Source: Pelagomonas calceolata
Taxonomy: Eukaryota
Assembly: GCA_918797485.1 (NCBI GenBank)
Contig: CAKKNE010000003.1
Span: 4,154,001 to 4,218,000 of the forward strand
Length of the DNA: 64,000 bases
Direction of reading: 5' to 3'
The number at the start of each line of letters is the position of its first letter. Position 1 is the stretch's first letter. Positions 11,401-20,673 of the stretch are shown piece after piece. The position numbers and the translations under genes are program-made. The notes under the pieces were generated by a model. It was not told the DNA's origin, ran no database searches, and saw nothing but the letters and a program-made list of their open reading frames with translations.

Positions 11401-12781
11401 CAACTGCTTGCTCGATTTTCCAGTTGACCATGACGTTGCCCGTGCGCGAGACGTTGCAGTCGCCAGTATTGGTCTCCCACATTACGCCACACCACGTCGA
11501 ATCGCACGGGGTGTCGTCGAACGCGTTGTACAGAACCACGTCGTCGCCCACGCACCAGTCGAGGTCCTGGTTGAAGGCCGAGGCATAATAGAAGATGGAC
11601 TCCATCGTTGTGACGCCGGAGGTGTCCCACGCGCCGATGTCCTGGTCGAAGGCCGAGGCGTAGCGGAACATCCCGAACATGTTCTTGACGCCAGAGGTGT
11701 CCCACGCGCCGATGTCCTCGTTGAAGGACGTCTGGGAATTAAACAAATCCGACATGTCCGTCACCCCCCCAGTCGCCCACGTCGAAATGTGGCCGTACGT
11801 CGCCTCGGCGGCGGACTGGTCGGCAAACCAAGCCGCCACCGCCGTTCTAATGCTATCGTCGTCCATCACATAGCCCGTGAGCGCGCGCCGCTGCGCGAGG
11901 CCTCCCGCCGACGCGCGCGGAGGGTTATTGGTCTTCGTCATGGTTTTGGACTTGGTGTTGTCGTCGCTGCGGCCGCTGCGGCCGCGGACCGAAGTCTCCG
12001 CCGCCACGCGGGTGGCGTCCCCCCAAATAAGCAGGTAGCCGACGACGGACGAGCGCCAGGCCGCTCCCATCGTTGAGCTACTGCGCCGCGGAACCACCGA
12101 AGCGAGTACCTGGAAGAGGCACCAGGAAGTCCGCCCAAGGTAGCTCTGGGCCGCTTCTTCTTCGTCGACGCCGCCCTTGATCGCGTCCGGGGCCATGAAC
12201 TGCATCGTGGTGCCGGGCGTAGGCGCCAGCTCGGCGGACGCGACGTCCAAGACGTCGACGCCGTCCTTGGTCGGGGCCGCCAACATCAATATGGTGCCGT
12301 CCGACCGGTAGTTCTCGTATTGCACGTCGCTGCCGACGGTCTGCTCGATGGCGTGGAGCGCGTGCACCCCGCCCGCCTGGTACTTGTTCGGGTCGAGCTC
12401 GGCACTCGCCGCGCCATTTATAGGCTCGGAGTCGAACGCGTCGGCATAGACGCCCGCGCCGTAGTTCTTGTAGAGCTGGAGCCACGACTTCTTCGCAGCG
12501 TCGGTGCTCGCTAGGGCCCTCCTGGGGAAAGCGCCGTCGAGGCCGTTCTCGCCGGCTTGCGCGGCGCACGTGCTGCCGTTTTCGTAGGACGTGGTGATGA
12601 TTTCGTAGTCTCGAGCAAATGTCTCGATCCCCGCCTCGCTGTCGTCGTGCGCCGCGGCGGGGCTCGAGCCGCCCTTGGGGCAGCTGCTCAGTTTGATACC
12701 GCCCCGCGCGGGCGCCCGCGGCGGCGCGGCGCTGCCCAAGCGCAGCAGCAGGGCGCCGGCGACCACGGCGAGGCCCAGCAT
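8462..12781 (-). CDS. DUF285/BspA-like repeat surface protein with five capped repeat modules and unrelated-looking N- and C-terminal regions
   Basis: Long intronless ORF. 25-aa repeats [25 protein letters not shown], N-caps [20 protein letters not shown] and C-caps DLGWCVGDDV...TPCxxTSCGV. The start codon is inferred. Confidence 0.85.
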   Translation of the reverse strand: MLGLAVVAGALLLRLGSAAPPRAPARGGIKLSSCPKGGSSPAAAHDDSEAGIETFARDYEIITTSYENGSTCAAQAGENGLDGAFPRRALASTDAAKKSWLQLYKNYGAGVYADAFDSEPINGAASAELDPNKYQAGGVHALHAIEQTVGSDVQYENYRSDGTILMLAAPTKDGVDVLDVASAELAPTPGTTMQFMAPDAIKGGVDEEEAAQSYLGRTSWCLFQVLASVVPRRSSSTMGAAWRSSVVGYLLIWGDATRVAAETSVRGRSGRSDDNTKSKTMTKTNNPPRASAGGLAQRRALTGYVMDDDSIRTAVAAWFADQSAAEATYGHISTWATGGVTDMSDLFNSQTSFNEDIGAWDTSGVKNMFGMFRYASAFDQDIGAWDTSGVTTMESIFYYASAFNQDLDWCVGDDVVLYNAFDDTPCDSTWCGVMWETNTGDCNVSRTGNVMVNWKIEQAVAAWLADATAAEATYGHISTWETGGVTDMSHLFRESSFNEDIGAWDTSGVTTMWAMFHSASAFDQDIGAWDTSGVTEMSHMFYGASAFNQNIGGWAVHSVKDMESMFLNALAFDQDISAWSVDNVRDMHWMFSSASSFNQDLGDWAVQSVTDMRWMFRGASDFDQDLGWCVGDDVFDPWGHGNTMEDAFSGTPCEATSCGVEQGQFVPASGSCVSTPAPTAYWDGVHHTDDSIRRAVVAWLNDPAATEARLGHISTWETSGVTDMEFLFSACDWDSRCNSAAAAFNEDIGAWDTSGVTTMHRMFAEASAFNQDIGGWAVHNVRYMSFMFMGASAFNQDLSSWETSAITNMFQMFGGASSFNQDISGWRVDSVTDMSHMFSGASVFDQDLGWCVDDGANLDYAFTNTPCEATSCGVVLQGVDCPFPTPAPTQRNFMDDSRIRTAVRAWMEDRAAAEATYGHISTWDTSGVTDMSRLFCVWQDWMEAESWYDDICFSASSFNEDIGAWDISGVTVMDYMFYYAAAFNRDIGGWAVHSVTDMSGMFNSASAFDQDISAWSVDNVRDMHQMFNSASAFDQDLSAWETSGVTNMHQMFSWASSFNQDLGGWSVENVRDMHYMFHHGSAFDQDLGWCVGDDVNLDEAFSGTPCASTSCGVVQGRSEGGICVTLAPTFFDGAFGDESIRTAVRAWAEDRAAAEAAYGHISTWETSGVTDMSKLFCVRQGWMEGESWYDDCVLSASFNEDIGAWDTSGVTAMWWMFYGASAFDQDLSAWETSGVTTMSGMFFGASAFDQDLGGWRVDNVRDMHQMFGWASSFNQDLSWCVGNDVNLDGAFSGSGCCSMSCGVARKDETGDCQIIESWDCYYYYDDDDDDDDGATELVMSTGLAAIGITFTGITIAAIANAFQEQCALGPTIVYEAGTTHPYYISPNLCTIGTKTFSSDKTVRDASPRKVCRKFCEAASEKGKLALKHVQGLTCYCKRR

Positions 12782-12830
12782 CTCTCTATCGTCCTTCTGT
12801 CCCGGCGGTCCCGGGCGCGCGGCGGCGCGT

Positions 12831-12854
12831 GCTAGTGTCTTACATGCCGCTAGC
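12831..12854. promoter_or_regulatory. CTAG-bounded promoter motif copy
   Basis: gctagtgtcttacatgccgctagc, between divergent genes. Confidence 0.7.
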
Positions 12855-13047
12855 TGATTATGTATCATTTGCTCATCCGGGCTTACGCGCGCCGGCCGGC
12901 TCATCAAACTGATTGCAAACAAGCGTTTGCGCTTACATACATCCATACGTCATAACGGATGAATCTTGACGCGCCGTGAAGCGGTAAAACCCACCTGGCC
13001 CTGTACTTGTTGCTTCCCTGCAACCGTCAGCGTGGGCGTCGCGAGAC

Positions 13048-14662
13048 ATGCTCCGCGCGCTCTTCATCGTCTACGCCGTCGCGTCAAGCGCTCTACTCGA
13101 CGACGCCACCGCGGCCGACGCCGAGACGCGGGCCGAGCACATCGTCCAGCTCTGCGCCGAGCACCACCGCGACGCTGTCGGCGCGGCCTACCCTGACGCG
13201 TACCACATCCGCCACCTCCCGTCGCTCCGAGGCCTCGTCGTCGAGGCGACTCAAGCCGAGGTCGCGGCGCTCAAGAGCCATGAGGGCGTCTGCAATGTCG
13301 CGCGGTCGCACGAGGTGACGCACCGCCCCGACGCCGGTCGCCGGCTCGACGTCGACGCGCTCCGGAGGAATAACGAGTGGTGGGGCAAGAGCCACAACCA
13401 GGGCAAGCCCTGGAACCTCGACCGCGTCAATGGTAAATTGGACGGCAACGACGCCTTCGAGGTCTCGAGCAAGGGGACCAACGTCTTCGTCCTCGACACG
13501 GGCCTCGACACGCTGCACCAGGAGTTCGAGGGAGATAGGGAGGTCGAGAACGTCGGGTCCTACAGCAACTTCCACCCCGGCGGCGTCTGGGAAGATAAAG
13601 AAGAGTGGGACCTGACCTCGGAGAACAGGGCCTGGCTCAAGGACAACAACGACAGCGACGGCCACGGTTCGTTTCCAGTGCCAGTAACGCCATCGCCGCG
13701 ACTCGCGCGTCGACGACGTAAGACCTCACCGGCACACAGGCACGCACTGCGCGTCGACGGCGGCGGGCAAGAATTATGGAATAGCCCCCCTAGCCAACGT
13801 CTACGGCATGAAAGTACTACCAGGAGGCTCGGAGGGCGTCATCGTGCGCGCGCTCGACAGAGTCTACGACTTAGTCAAAAGAAAAAAAGTGAAGGGTCCG
13901 ACCGTCGTCTCCATGTCGCTCGGCGGGAAATGTAGAGATCAGGATGGAAACGAAGGCCCCGGTACGAAATACTGCGCCTTCGAGACGCACTACGCCCGAG
14001 CCATCCGGGACTTGCGGGATATAGGCGTGTTGACGGCGATCGCGGCCGGGAACAACGGCGAGGACGCCTGCGAGATGGCTCCTGGGGCTTCAAGGGACGC
14101 CGTCACGGTGGGCGCCACCAACATTAATGATAGGATCACGTTCTTCAGCGACTACGGGAACTGCGTCGACGTCATGGCGCCCGGCGAGAATGTGGCGGGA
14201 GCTGCCTCGTCGCGCGAGTAGACGCCCGAGCGCCAGTGGACGGGCGCCGCCGCCTCGGACTCGAGCGGGTCGCTCGAGGCGCCGGCGGCCGCGCGCACGC
14301 CGGACAAGTATCGGCAGGCCGTCACCGGCTCCGCGGCGGCGTACTCGGCGACACCGCGGCGCCACGCACCCAACGGCGCCGGGCCCGTGGCGTACCGCAG
14401 CCCCGCCTCGACGCCGTCCTCGGCCGGCTCGAAATCGGCGACGTATTGGCGCGAGCGCGCTGCGGCGACGCGGGGCCGGGCGCCGCCGCCGTCGCACCTC
14501 GACCTGGAGCCCGTGGCGCGGCCGCCGCCACGGCGCGCGAGGTCGCCTCCGCGACGGACCGCTGTGCTCGGCGCTTCAGCCGCTCCGCCGCCGCGACGCG
14601 GGCGGCCGACGCTCCTCGGCGTGGAGGACTCGACGTTCATCAGTGGGGCGGAGGATTTCTAG
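13048..14662 (+). pseudogene. Truncated subtilisin (S8) fused in frame to an SH3-family-like cytoplasmic tail, with a premature TAG at 14219-14221
   Basis: Signal peptide, VFVLDTG (Asp), DGHGTHCAS across intron 13667-13739 (His), AAGN and DVMAPG are present, but the GTSMA catalytic Ser is absent. The same frame continues as YWRERA...HLDLEPVARPPP...AEDF, resembling the tail of 4732-8290. Confidence 0.75.
13667..13739 (+). mobile_element. Degenerate introner-derived intron
   Basis: GT..cacacag with core acgccatcgccgcgac; splicing rebuilds HGTHC. Confidence 0.6.
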
Positions 14663-14687
14663 GATAACGTATAACTCACAACTTAGT

Positions 14688-15731
14688 CTAGGGGTCGCGG
14701 TCCGTGCGCCAGAATTTGAGAATAAGCCAGACCAGCTCCTTCGGGAGGGGCGTCGAAACGCCACTGTCCTGGTTGCTCGCACTAGTCCCGATTTGATGAG
14801 CCTCACGCCACGACAGCCATATAGGCGCCGCCGGCGTCGGGACTCTCGGGAAGAGGCGCGCGAGGGCCGGCGGCGGCGACGCGCGGCCCGCGGCGCAGAG
14901 ACGCTGGAGGACAATCATGTCGATGCGCGGCGCGTTTACGTAGCGCTTCCAGCTTCCCGCCGCGCGCACTCCCGCACATAGCTCCAGGAACGCCTCGACG
15001 GCGCCCGGTCGTCGGCAACGTAGCGGGTCCTCGGGGATGCCTCTTTCATAGTAGATCTCAGTCTGCAGCCGACTTCGCGCGATCGCCTCTGCATTGTGAC
15101 CATTCGCACTCACCAGATCGAGGTCCGCACCAGAAGCCAGAAGCTCCCTCCCAATGCCGAAAGAAACGAAGCCACTGAATTTCGCGGCAACCATCAAAGG
15201 CGTGAGGCGTTCCACATGTGTGCGTGCGTTGACCGCGGCCCCGTGCTTTAAAAGCAGACGAACCATGCCCTGGTGCCCCATTGATATCTCATGCTCTGGT
15301 GGAGGCCCAGGGTCAAGAGCCCCCATGAGATGTCTCCCGTCATTGGCCGTCACGGCGTTGTGCAGCGCTTCAGCCCTTACCGGCGCCCCGTAGCGGAGAA
15401 GCACTCGCGCAGTATCTATTGCCCCGCGCGATGCTGCGGTCAATAGACACATTCCCGCGTCACGGCCGTCACCGCGCAGGGAATGTGTTGCTTCATCGTC
15501 GCGGGCGCCCGCCGCGCAGAGGATCTCGACGATGGATGTGCAATTCCGATGATCCGAAGAGCAGGCGAACGCGAGGAGCAAGTGGGGCGTTCCCGGGGCA
15601 ATTTCCCAGGTTGCGTTGGGCGAGCCGCCCACTGCTAACCATGCTCTGACCGCGGTGACGTCTCCCGTTTGCGCGGCCTGTACGACCCTTAGTGTTAGGT
15701 CCATGTTCAGGGGGCGCTCGACCTGGGTCAT
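14688..15731 (-). CDS. Ankyrin-repeat protein with a lineage-typical C-terminal domain
   Basis: LLTAASRGAIDTARVLLRYGA, MVRLLLKHGAAVNA, TPLMVAA; C-terminus LPKELVWLILKFW. Confidence 0.85.
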   Translation of the reverse strand: MTQVERPLNMDLTLRVVQAAQTGDVTAVRAWLAVGGSPNATWEIAPGTPHLLLAFACSSDHRNCTSIVEILCAAGARDDEATHSLRGDGRDAGMCLLTAASRGAIDTARVLLRYGAPVRAEALHNAVTANDGRHLMGALDPGPPPEHEISMGHQGMVRLLLKHGAAVNARTHVERLTPLMVAAKFSGFVSFGIGRELLASGADLDLVSANGHNAEAIARSRLQTEIYYERGIPEDPLRCRRPGAVEAFLELCAGVRAAGSWKRYVNAPRIDMIVLQRLCAAGRASPPPALARLFPRVPTPAAPIWLSWREAHQIGTSASNQDSGVSTPLPKELVWLILKFWRTDRDP

Positions 15732-15843
15732 GTTAGGGGTGTGCGCAGCGCCACAGGTTTGGCCTGCTGCTCGGCTGGAAAGAGATGTAACCGGTGTCGC
15801 TAGCAAGCCTTCAAAATTGGTAAAAGGAGACCGGCCAAAACGA

Positions 15844-15867
15844 GCTAGCGGCATGTAGAGACACTAG
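15844..15867. promoter_or_regulatory. CTAG-bounded promoter motif copy (reverse)
   Basis: gctagcggcatgtagagacactag, between divergent genes. Confidence 0.65.
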
Positions 15868-16072
15868 AAACAGCCAAAAACCGAGGCCAGGGGCCAAGAA
15901 CAGCCGGAGAGCTCGCAAGTCGCATTAGACAAAGTCCCCGTGACCCCAGCACTGCCACAAGCACGCCTGAGCCACCGCTTCGCCAGCGCTGCCGCCTACA
16001 GACACCAACAGCAGTGCACAGCGGCAAGAGCAGCGCCCGGCACGAGCCGCATCGCTCACAAACGCGACACCA

Positions 16073-16582
16073 ATGCCCCGCCCCGACCGCCCCTGCGCCG
16101 TCTGCGCGACGCCCGCCGCGAAATACAATTGCCCGAAGTGCCGCGCGGCGTATTGCTGCATCGCCTGTTGCCGCACCCACAAAGCGACCTGCGTCGCCCC
16201 GACAGTTGTGACGAAAGCAAGGCCGAAGCGCGTCGCACCGGAGAAGCGCGCCGGCCGGCCGCCGCCCGACGATTCCGACGTCGCGAGGCTGACGCCGGCG
16301 CAACTCACACGAATCGCGAGCTGCACTTGGGCCAAAGAGGAGTTGCGAAGGGAACCTTCACTGAGAGACTTACTGGTCACAATAGAGGGCTCGACCGACG
16401 CTAGAAGTGCGCTGCAAACGGCGCGCGCGCGGGATTCCCGGTTCGCCGATTTCGTCGACAGATTACTCGTCGAAGTGGGCGCGTGCGCCTTTGAAGATGA
16501 TGGCGGTGTCGTCTTCGTGGGGGCGGGCGGCGCGCCGCCCGCGCCCAACGCGGGGCGGCCCTCTTCTCCAATCTATAAGTGA
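16073..16582 (+). CDS. ZNHIT3: zf-HIT protein (ZNHIT3/Hit1-like, box C/D snoRNP assembly)
   Basis: CAVC...KYNCPKCRAAYCCIACCRTHKATC plus a Hit1 C-terminal-like LRDLLVTIE...FADFVDRLL. Confidence 0.8.
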   Translation: MPRPDRPCAVCATPAAKYNCPKCRAAYCCIACCRTHKATCVAPTVVTKARPKRVAPEKRAGRPPPDDSDVARLTPAQLTRIASCTWAKEELRREPSLRDLLVTIEGSTDARSALQTARARDSRFADFVDRLLVEVGACAFEDDGGVVFVGAGGAPPAPNAGRPSSPIYK

Positions 16583-16676
16583 ACGCGGCCTCGAGAAGGC
16601 GCTCGGCCGACGGCGCGCCGGGCAGCGCGGCGACGGCGTCGACGCCGCGGCCGTGACGGCACCGGAGCGCGCGGCC

Positions 16677-16770
16677 GGGACGGCGGGGCTGCCCGGGACG
16701 GCGGGGCTGCCCGGGACGGCGGGGCTGACCGGGGCGGCGGGGCTGGCCGGGGCGGCGGGGCTGGCCGGGG
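16677..16770. repeat. 18-bp tandem repeat, about 5 copies
   Basis: gggacggcggggctgccc x2, gggacggcggggctgacc, ggggcggcggggctggcc x2. Confidence 0.85.
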
Positions 16771-16809
16771 CACCGGTGGTCGACGGGATATGTTAAGTTG
16801 TATGTTTTT

Positions 16810-17943
16810 TTACGCCTGTGGCTCCAAAGCGACGCGCTTCCCCCCGTCCGTCGCCGACGCGTACATGGCCGCGATGCACCGGACCACGTCCAACCCTAGC
16901 TCCGCGTCGATGCCCCGGAAGTGCTCCAGGCCGCGGCAGGCTTTGATAAACGCCTGGACGCTTTCCGGCCCGGTGCCCGTGTCCTCGTAGTTCTCGAAGA
17001 GAAATCCTTGTTCTACTTTCCGATCACCGTCGCGCGTGAGCACCACCAAATCACCCGAAGAAGGGTCCTGGTCGTCGCCTTCATACACGAGACTCCCAGC
17101 ATCCCCAAAGACCCGCACGGAGACGTGTTTTCCAGAATGTGGATGGCTCTCATCACTATCATCACCATGAGCGTTTCCAGGGACCGCTCCTGTCCCCGTC
17201 AGACTGATGGACGCCCCATTTGAACAACTAAACACCGCGGCGTCGTGCATGTCCGCCCCTGACCTTCCAGAGAAGACCATCGTACATGCGACATCGACCG
17301 GTCGTAAGCCCGTTATTTGCAGGACCCAGGCAAGCAAGTGAGACAGCTGCCCCCAGGCAAACCCATTACCTCGCATGCTACCGGTCGGTTGCGTCCATCC
17401 TACGTTAGCAGGATCATCGAAGAGCCATAGCAACGGCGAGTGCATGGCGCAAGCCACGTGCTCGACCTCGCCTAGTAATGCCTCGTCGCGGACCCACCGC
17501 CTCGCGGTCACGGCTTGGGTCCGCCACGACGCCGTGTTGTTGACCGCGAAGAAGCATGGTGACGCTTGCGACGCATCTCTCAGAGAAATGGCCTCATTTA
17601 CATCAGTTGTCATCGGCTTCTCCATCAGCACGTGCTTGCCCCTTGCTAATGCCTGGGCTCCTAATTTTGAGTGAGAAGCGTGGGACGTGCACACAATCAC
17701 GCCATCAAACTCCAGTCCGCTGTCTAAGCATGCGTCGAAGGAGTCGTAGGTCGCGCAGCCGTACTTCGCGCCGAGCTCTTCGAGTGGTTGTAACGTGCTG
17801 ATGGCCGACCGCGGATTTGGACAAGGATCGACGACGGCGACGACCTCCGCGTCCGGGTGGCGGTGTAAATGGGGGAGGTGCCAGCCCTGGGTCCACCAGC
17901 CGGCTCCCAAAACGACGACTCTCGCTTTTGGGGCTGCAGCCAT
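16810..17943 (-). CDS. Gfo/Idh/MocA family NAD(P)-dependent oxidoreductase
   Basis: VVVLGAGWW Rossmann motif and GKHVLMEKPM (EKP motif). Confidence 0.9.
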   Translation of the reverse strand: MAAAPKARVVVLGAGWWTQGWHLPHLHRHPDAEVVAVVDPCPNPRSAISTLQPLEELGAKYGCATYDSFDACLDSGLEFDGVIVCTSHASHSKLGAQALARGKHVLMEKPMTTDVNEAISLRDASQASPCFFAVNNTASWRTQAVTARRWVRDEALLGEVEHVACAMHSPLLWLFDDPANVGWTQPTGSMRGNGFAWGQLSHLLAWVLQITGLRPVDVACTMVFSGRSGADMHDAAVFSCSNGASISLTGTGAVPGNAHGDDSDESHPHSGKHVSVRVFGDAGSLVYEGDDQDPSSGDLVVLTRDGDRKVEQGFLFENYEDTGTGPESVQAFIKACRGLEHFRGIDAELGLDVVRCIAAMYASATDGGKRVALEPQA

Positions 17944-18064
17944 GCGTAGAGCTCGCGTTTTCGAGGCCGGTGCGTTCGGCGCTGCTACGAGAGTCTCACC
18001 TGCGTATATTGCGACGAATGCTTGCGGTAATGGCTGCCAAAAATGCGCCTCAGTGCCGGAGCGA

Positions 18065-18086
18065 GCTAGCGTCTGTAAGACACTAG
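18065..18086. promoter_or_regulatory. CTAG-bounded promoter motif copy (reverse)
   Basis: gctagcgtctgtaagacactag, about 120 nt upstream of ATG 17943. Confidence 0.7.
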
Positions 18087-18099
18087 GCAGGACAGAACG

Positions 18100-19560
18100 C
18101 GACATGCAGCCGTTTGAGTATCGTTCGGTTCGCTACTGGTCCAAAGAGATCAATGGGACACGTACTTGGGGCCGAATTTATTTATTTTTTAATTCGCGGC
18201 CGACGAGCCGCCCATGGCCATGGCGGCCGCGCCAGTGGAATCCTGTCAATCCCTGCCAAACAGGTCTCCCGGGGGGCGCCTAGGGTCGGTACTAGACACG
18301 TGCAAACGCCTACACCGCATGCGCCGCCGCTTCCAGCATATTTCGGCCAATTCTCTCAGCGCTGCGCGCCCAAAAACCATGAATAGCTTGGCAATGGCTT
18401 CCAGAGCCCTCGAGGGGCCCAAGCGCTGGCGTATGTGGTACAGGCGACTACCCGACACTAGACCTACCCCGAGAGACCTCCAGGAGCCGATCTACATCCG
18501 AAAAAAGTGTGCATTTTGGACCCGATGGCGCCCCGTCCCCGTAAAAAACGTCAATTTTTCTAGGGCCCCAGAAATCGTAATAGCGGTCTCGTCGGACCCC
18601 ATACTACCCCAGCGATAGTCAACTACAAGTATATGACATCTACATTATAAGAAGGGTACTTTTGGCTGCCCACGCTCGGGACGTGAACATCTTTATCTGG
18701 ACCTCGCGTAAGTTCGTCGATCATGAAACAAATGATCGCGTTATGGTCCATGCTGATGTTACACGGGCTGATGGTCGCAGGTCTATGTAATTTGCCCAAA
18801 TTAAGGAGATAGTGGGCTCGCGGCCGAGCCGAGCCGCGCGGAGCATCGTGGGGTCTCGAGCAATGTAGTAGGCGCTCAAACCGGTTATCTGGCCCGTACC
18901 ACTACTGAAGCGCCTGAAACGCAAATTTATTTCACAACTCACCGGTCTGGGGTCAATTCAGTGCCCCGCGTACGCACCGTCGCCCGCGGAGAACGGGCAA
19001 GTCGGTCGATTGTGAATAGAATAACGGCGTTATGGTCCATCTGGGTGGTGGCGTCGCTGATACTCGCGGGTCCTACTCATTTACCCGTCTTTGGGTAAAC
19101 GCGGGGCTGCCAAATCGCCGTTTCGCGCGGCTCCAACGGGACTTCTAATATAGATAGGCTCATGTACAGGCGGCCTAAATGGCATCTACCGGCAACAAAC
19201 GGATAAAAACGAACATAAACTCGGGAGTTGTCTAGTAGAATTCTTTTCCCGCCCTCCGAGCGCGGGCCGTCGGCTCCGGTTCCGTCGATTGTGGATGAAA
19301 ACTGGGCTGGAGTTGATATGATGTACTATCTGGACGGTAGATGGCGGCGTCAATCGCTGGTGTACTTTGGCGAGCCGTAAGATGCATCCGCGAATGTCGC
19401 GGGCGGTGCCTTCCGGGAGGCGCGAGGGTATGTTCCCGGGCCTCTACTCTGAACTATTTGGTCTCAGCGAACGACCAGGATGTATTCTGAATTTTGGTCA
19501 TGCTTTTGACGCTATCGAGGCGTATCTTTGAATTTGCTAGTAAGTCGCTACGCTAGCTAA
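18100..19560. other. Gene-free, lower-GC island containing degenerate ~285-bp direct repeats
   Basis: No credible ORF. gcgttatggtccat occurs at ~18738 and ~19027; gtcgattgtg occurs at ~19005 and ~19284. Confidence 0.6.
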
Positions 19561-19616
19561 CTATCACTGAGAAACGAGCTACACGCCGCGACCCTCGCAG
19601 ACCGCGCCAACGCAAA

Positions 19617-20057
19617 ATGATCCTCACAACTTGCGCCGCCTGCGCCGCCCCACTGGCCCACAACGCGCCGCGATGCGTACGCTGTAAGGTCAGGTATTGT
19701 GACTCGACCTGCCAGCATGACCACTGGCGCCGCGGCCACAAGCAGATTTGTAAACGTATCCACCGCGGCGGCAACGCGGAGCAATACTACGCCGAAAAAA
19801 AATACAAGGAGGCCGTCGCGGTCGCGGTCGCGAAATGCGCGGACGACACAAAGGGCCAGACGTGCTTCATCTGCACGCAGGCCCTCCACTGGAAGACAAA
19901 GGAGGGACTCGTGCGCGGTTGCGCGTGCCGCGGGACGGCGGGCTTCGCGCATGTTTCGTGCCTGGCGGAACAGGCGAAGATTTTGATGGACGAGGCCGAG
20001 GAGAACAATGTCGGGATGACCTCGAGGCTCGCCGGGTCGACGACGAAGCTCACGTAG
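19617..20057 (+). pseudogene. MYND zinc finger + RINGv protein, 3'-truncated near 20010
   Basis: CAAC...CVRCKVRYCDSTCQHDHWRRGHKQIC and CFIC...RGCACRGTAGFAHVSCLAEQA, then runs into the antisense of the opposing gene. Confidence 0.75.
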
Positions 20058-20329
20058 TTCGGGTCCACGCTGTGGAGGGGAAACTCTCGCTTGCTCCCGA
20101 GGCCGCCCGCGACGGTCAGGGACCACTGATCTCCTCCAAAGAGAGCCTGGCGCATCGACGGCGTCACGGCCGCGAGCAGGCCGAGAGCGAACGAAACCAG
20201 CGCCGCGCCTACCAATATGCCCTTGATGCTACCGGACTTCTTGGGCTTGATGAGCTTTTTCGTTGAGAGGAGCGCGTCCGCGGCCTCGTCGGCCGGCGGC
20301 GCCGCGAGCGTGATCGCGCTTTTGGCCAT
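20010..20329 (-). pseudogene. Type II membrane protein 5' fragment colliding head-on with the MYND gene
   Basis: MAKSAITL...GILVGAALVSFALGLLAAV TM; the frame then reads antisense through the MYND-RINGv coding sequence. Confidence 0.55.
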
Positions 20330-20482
20330 CGTAAACTTCCTGAACTTATTGCTGGGTGTCTGAGGCTCGAGCCGGCGCGGGCGGGCGGCGCGTTGAACCA
20401 GTGGCTTCCGGGCGATAGGGCCCTGATATAGAAGGCTCGAAACCCTCTCAAATCCCCTCGATACTCAAGCGGGTGGCTGTGA

Positions 20483-20505
20483 GCTAGCGGCATGTAAGAC
20501 ACTAG
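20483..20505. promoter_or_regulatory. CTAG-bounded promoter motif copy (reverse)
   Basis: gctagcggcatgtaagacactag, between divergent genes. Confidence 0.72.
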
Positions 20506-20673
20506 GCATCGACAGGCTCGGGAGCAAACCAAGTGCTGTAGACTGCGAGGCGCAGCAATAACTGATCGTGGCTGAGCCCTCGACACGTTCAATAACTCCT
20601 GCTGCTCAATAATTCCCGCTGCAATTGCGCCGAGCAGCTCAGCACTGAGCCGACCGACCCAGCCGGCAGCATC

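Noticed and set aside
8800..11880. DUF285 variability as a diversity-generating retroelement
   Set aside because: No reverse transcriptase is in the window, and the differences are not confined to adenines of a template repeat.
18720..19100. Short peptides encoded by the degenerate repeats (MDHNAII/MDHNAVI)
   Set aside because: Stop codons interrupt the frames, and the similarity is explained at the DNA level.
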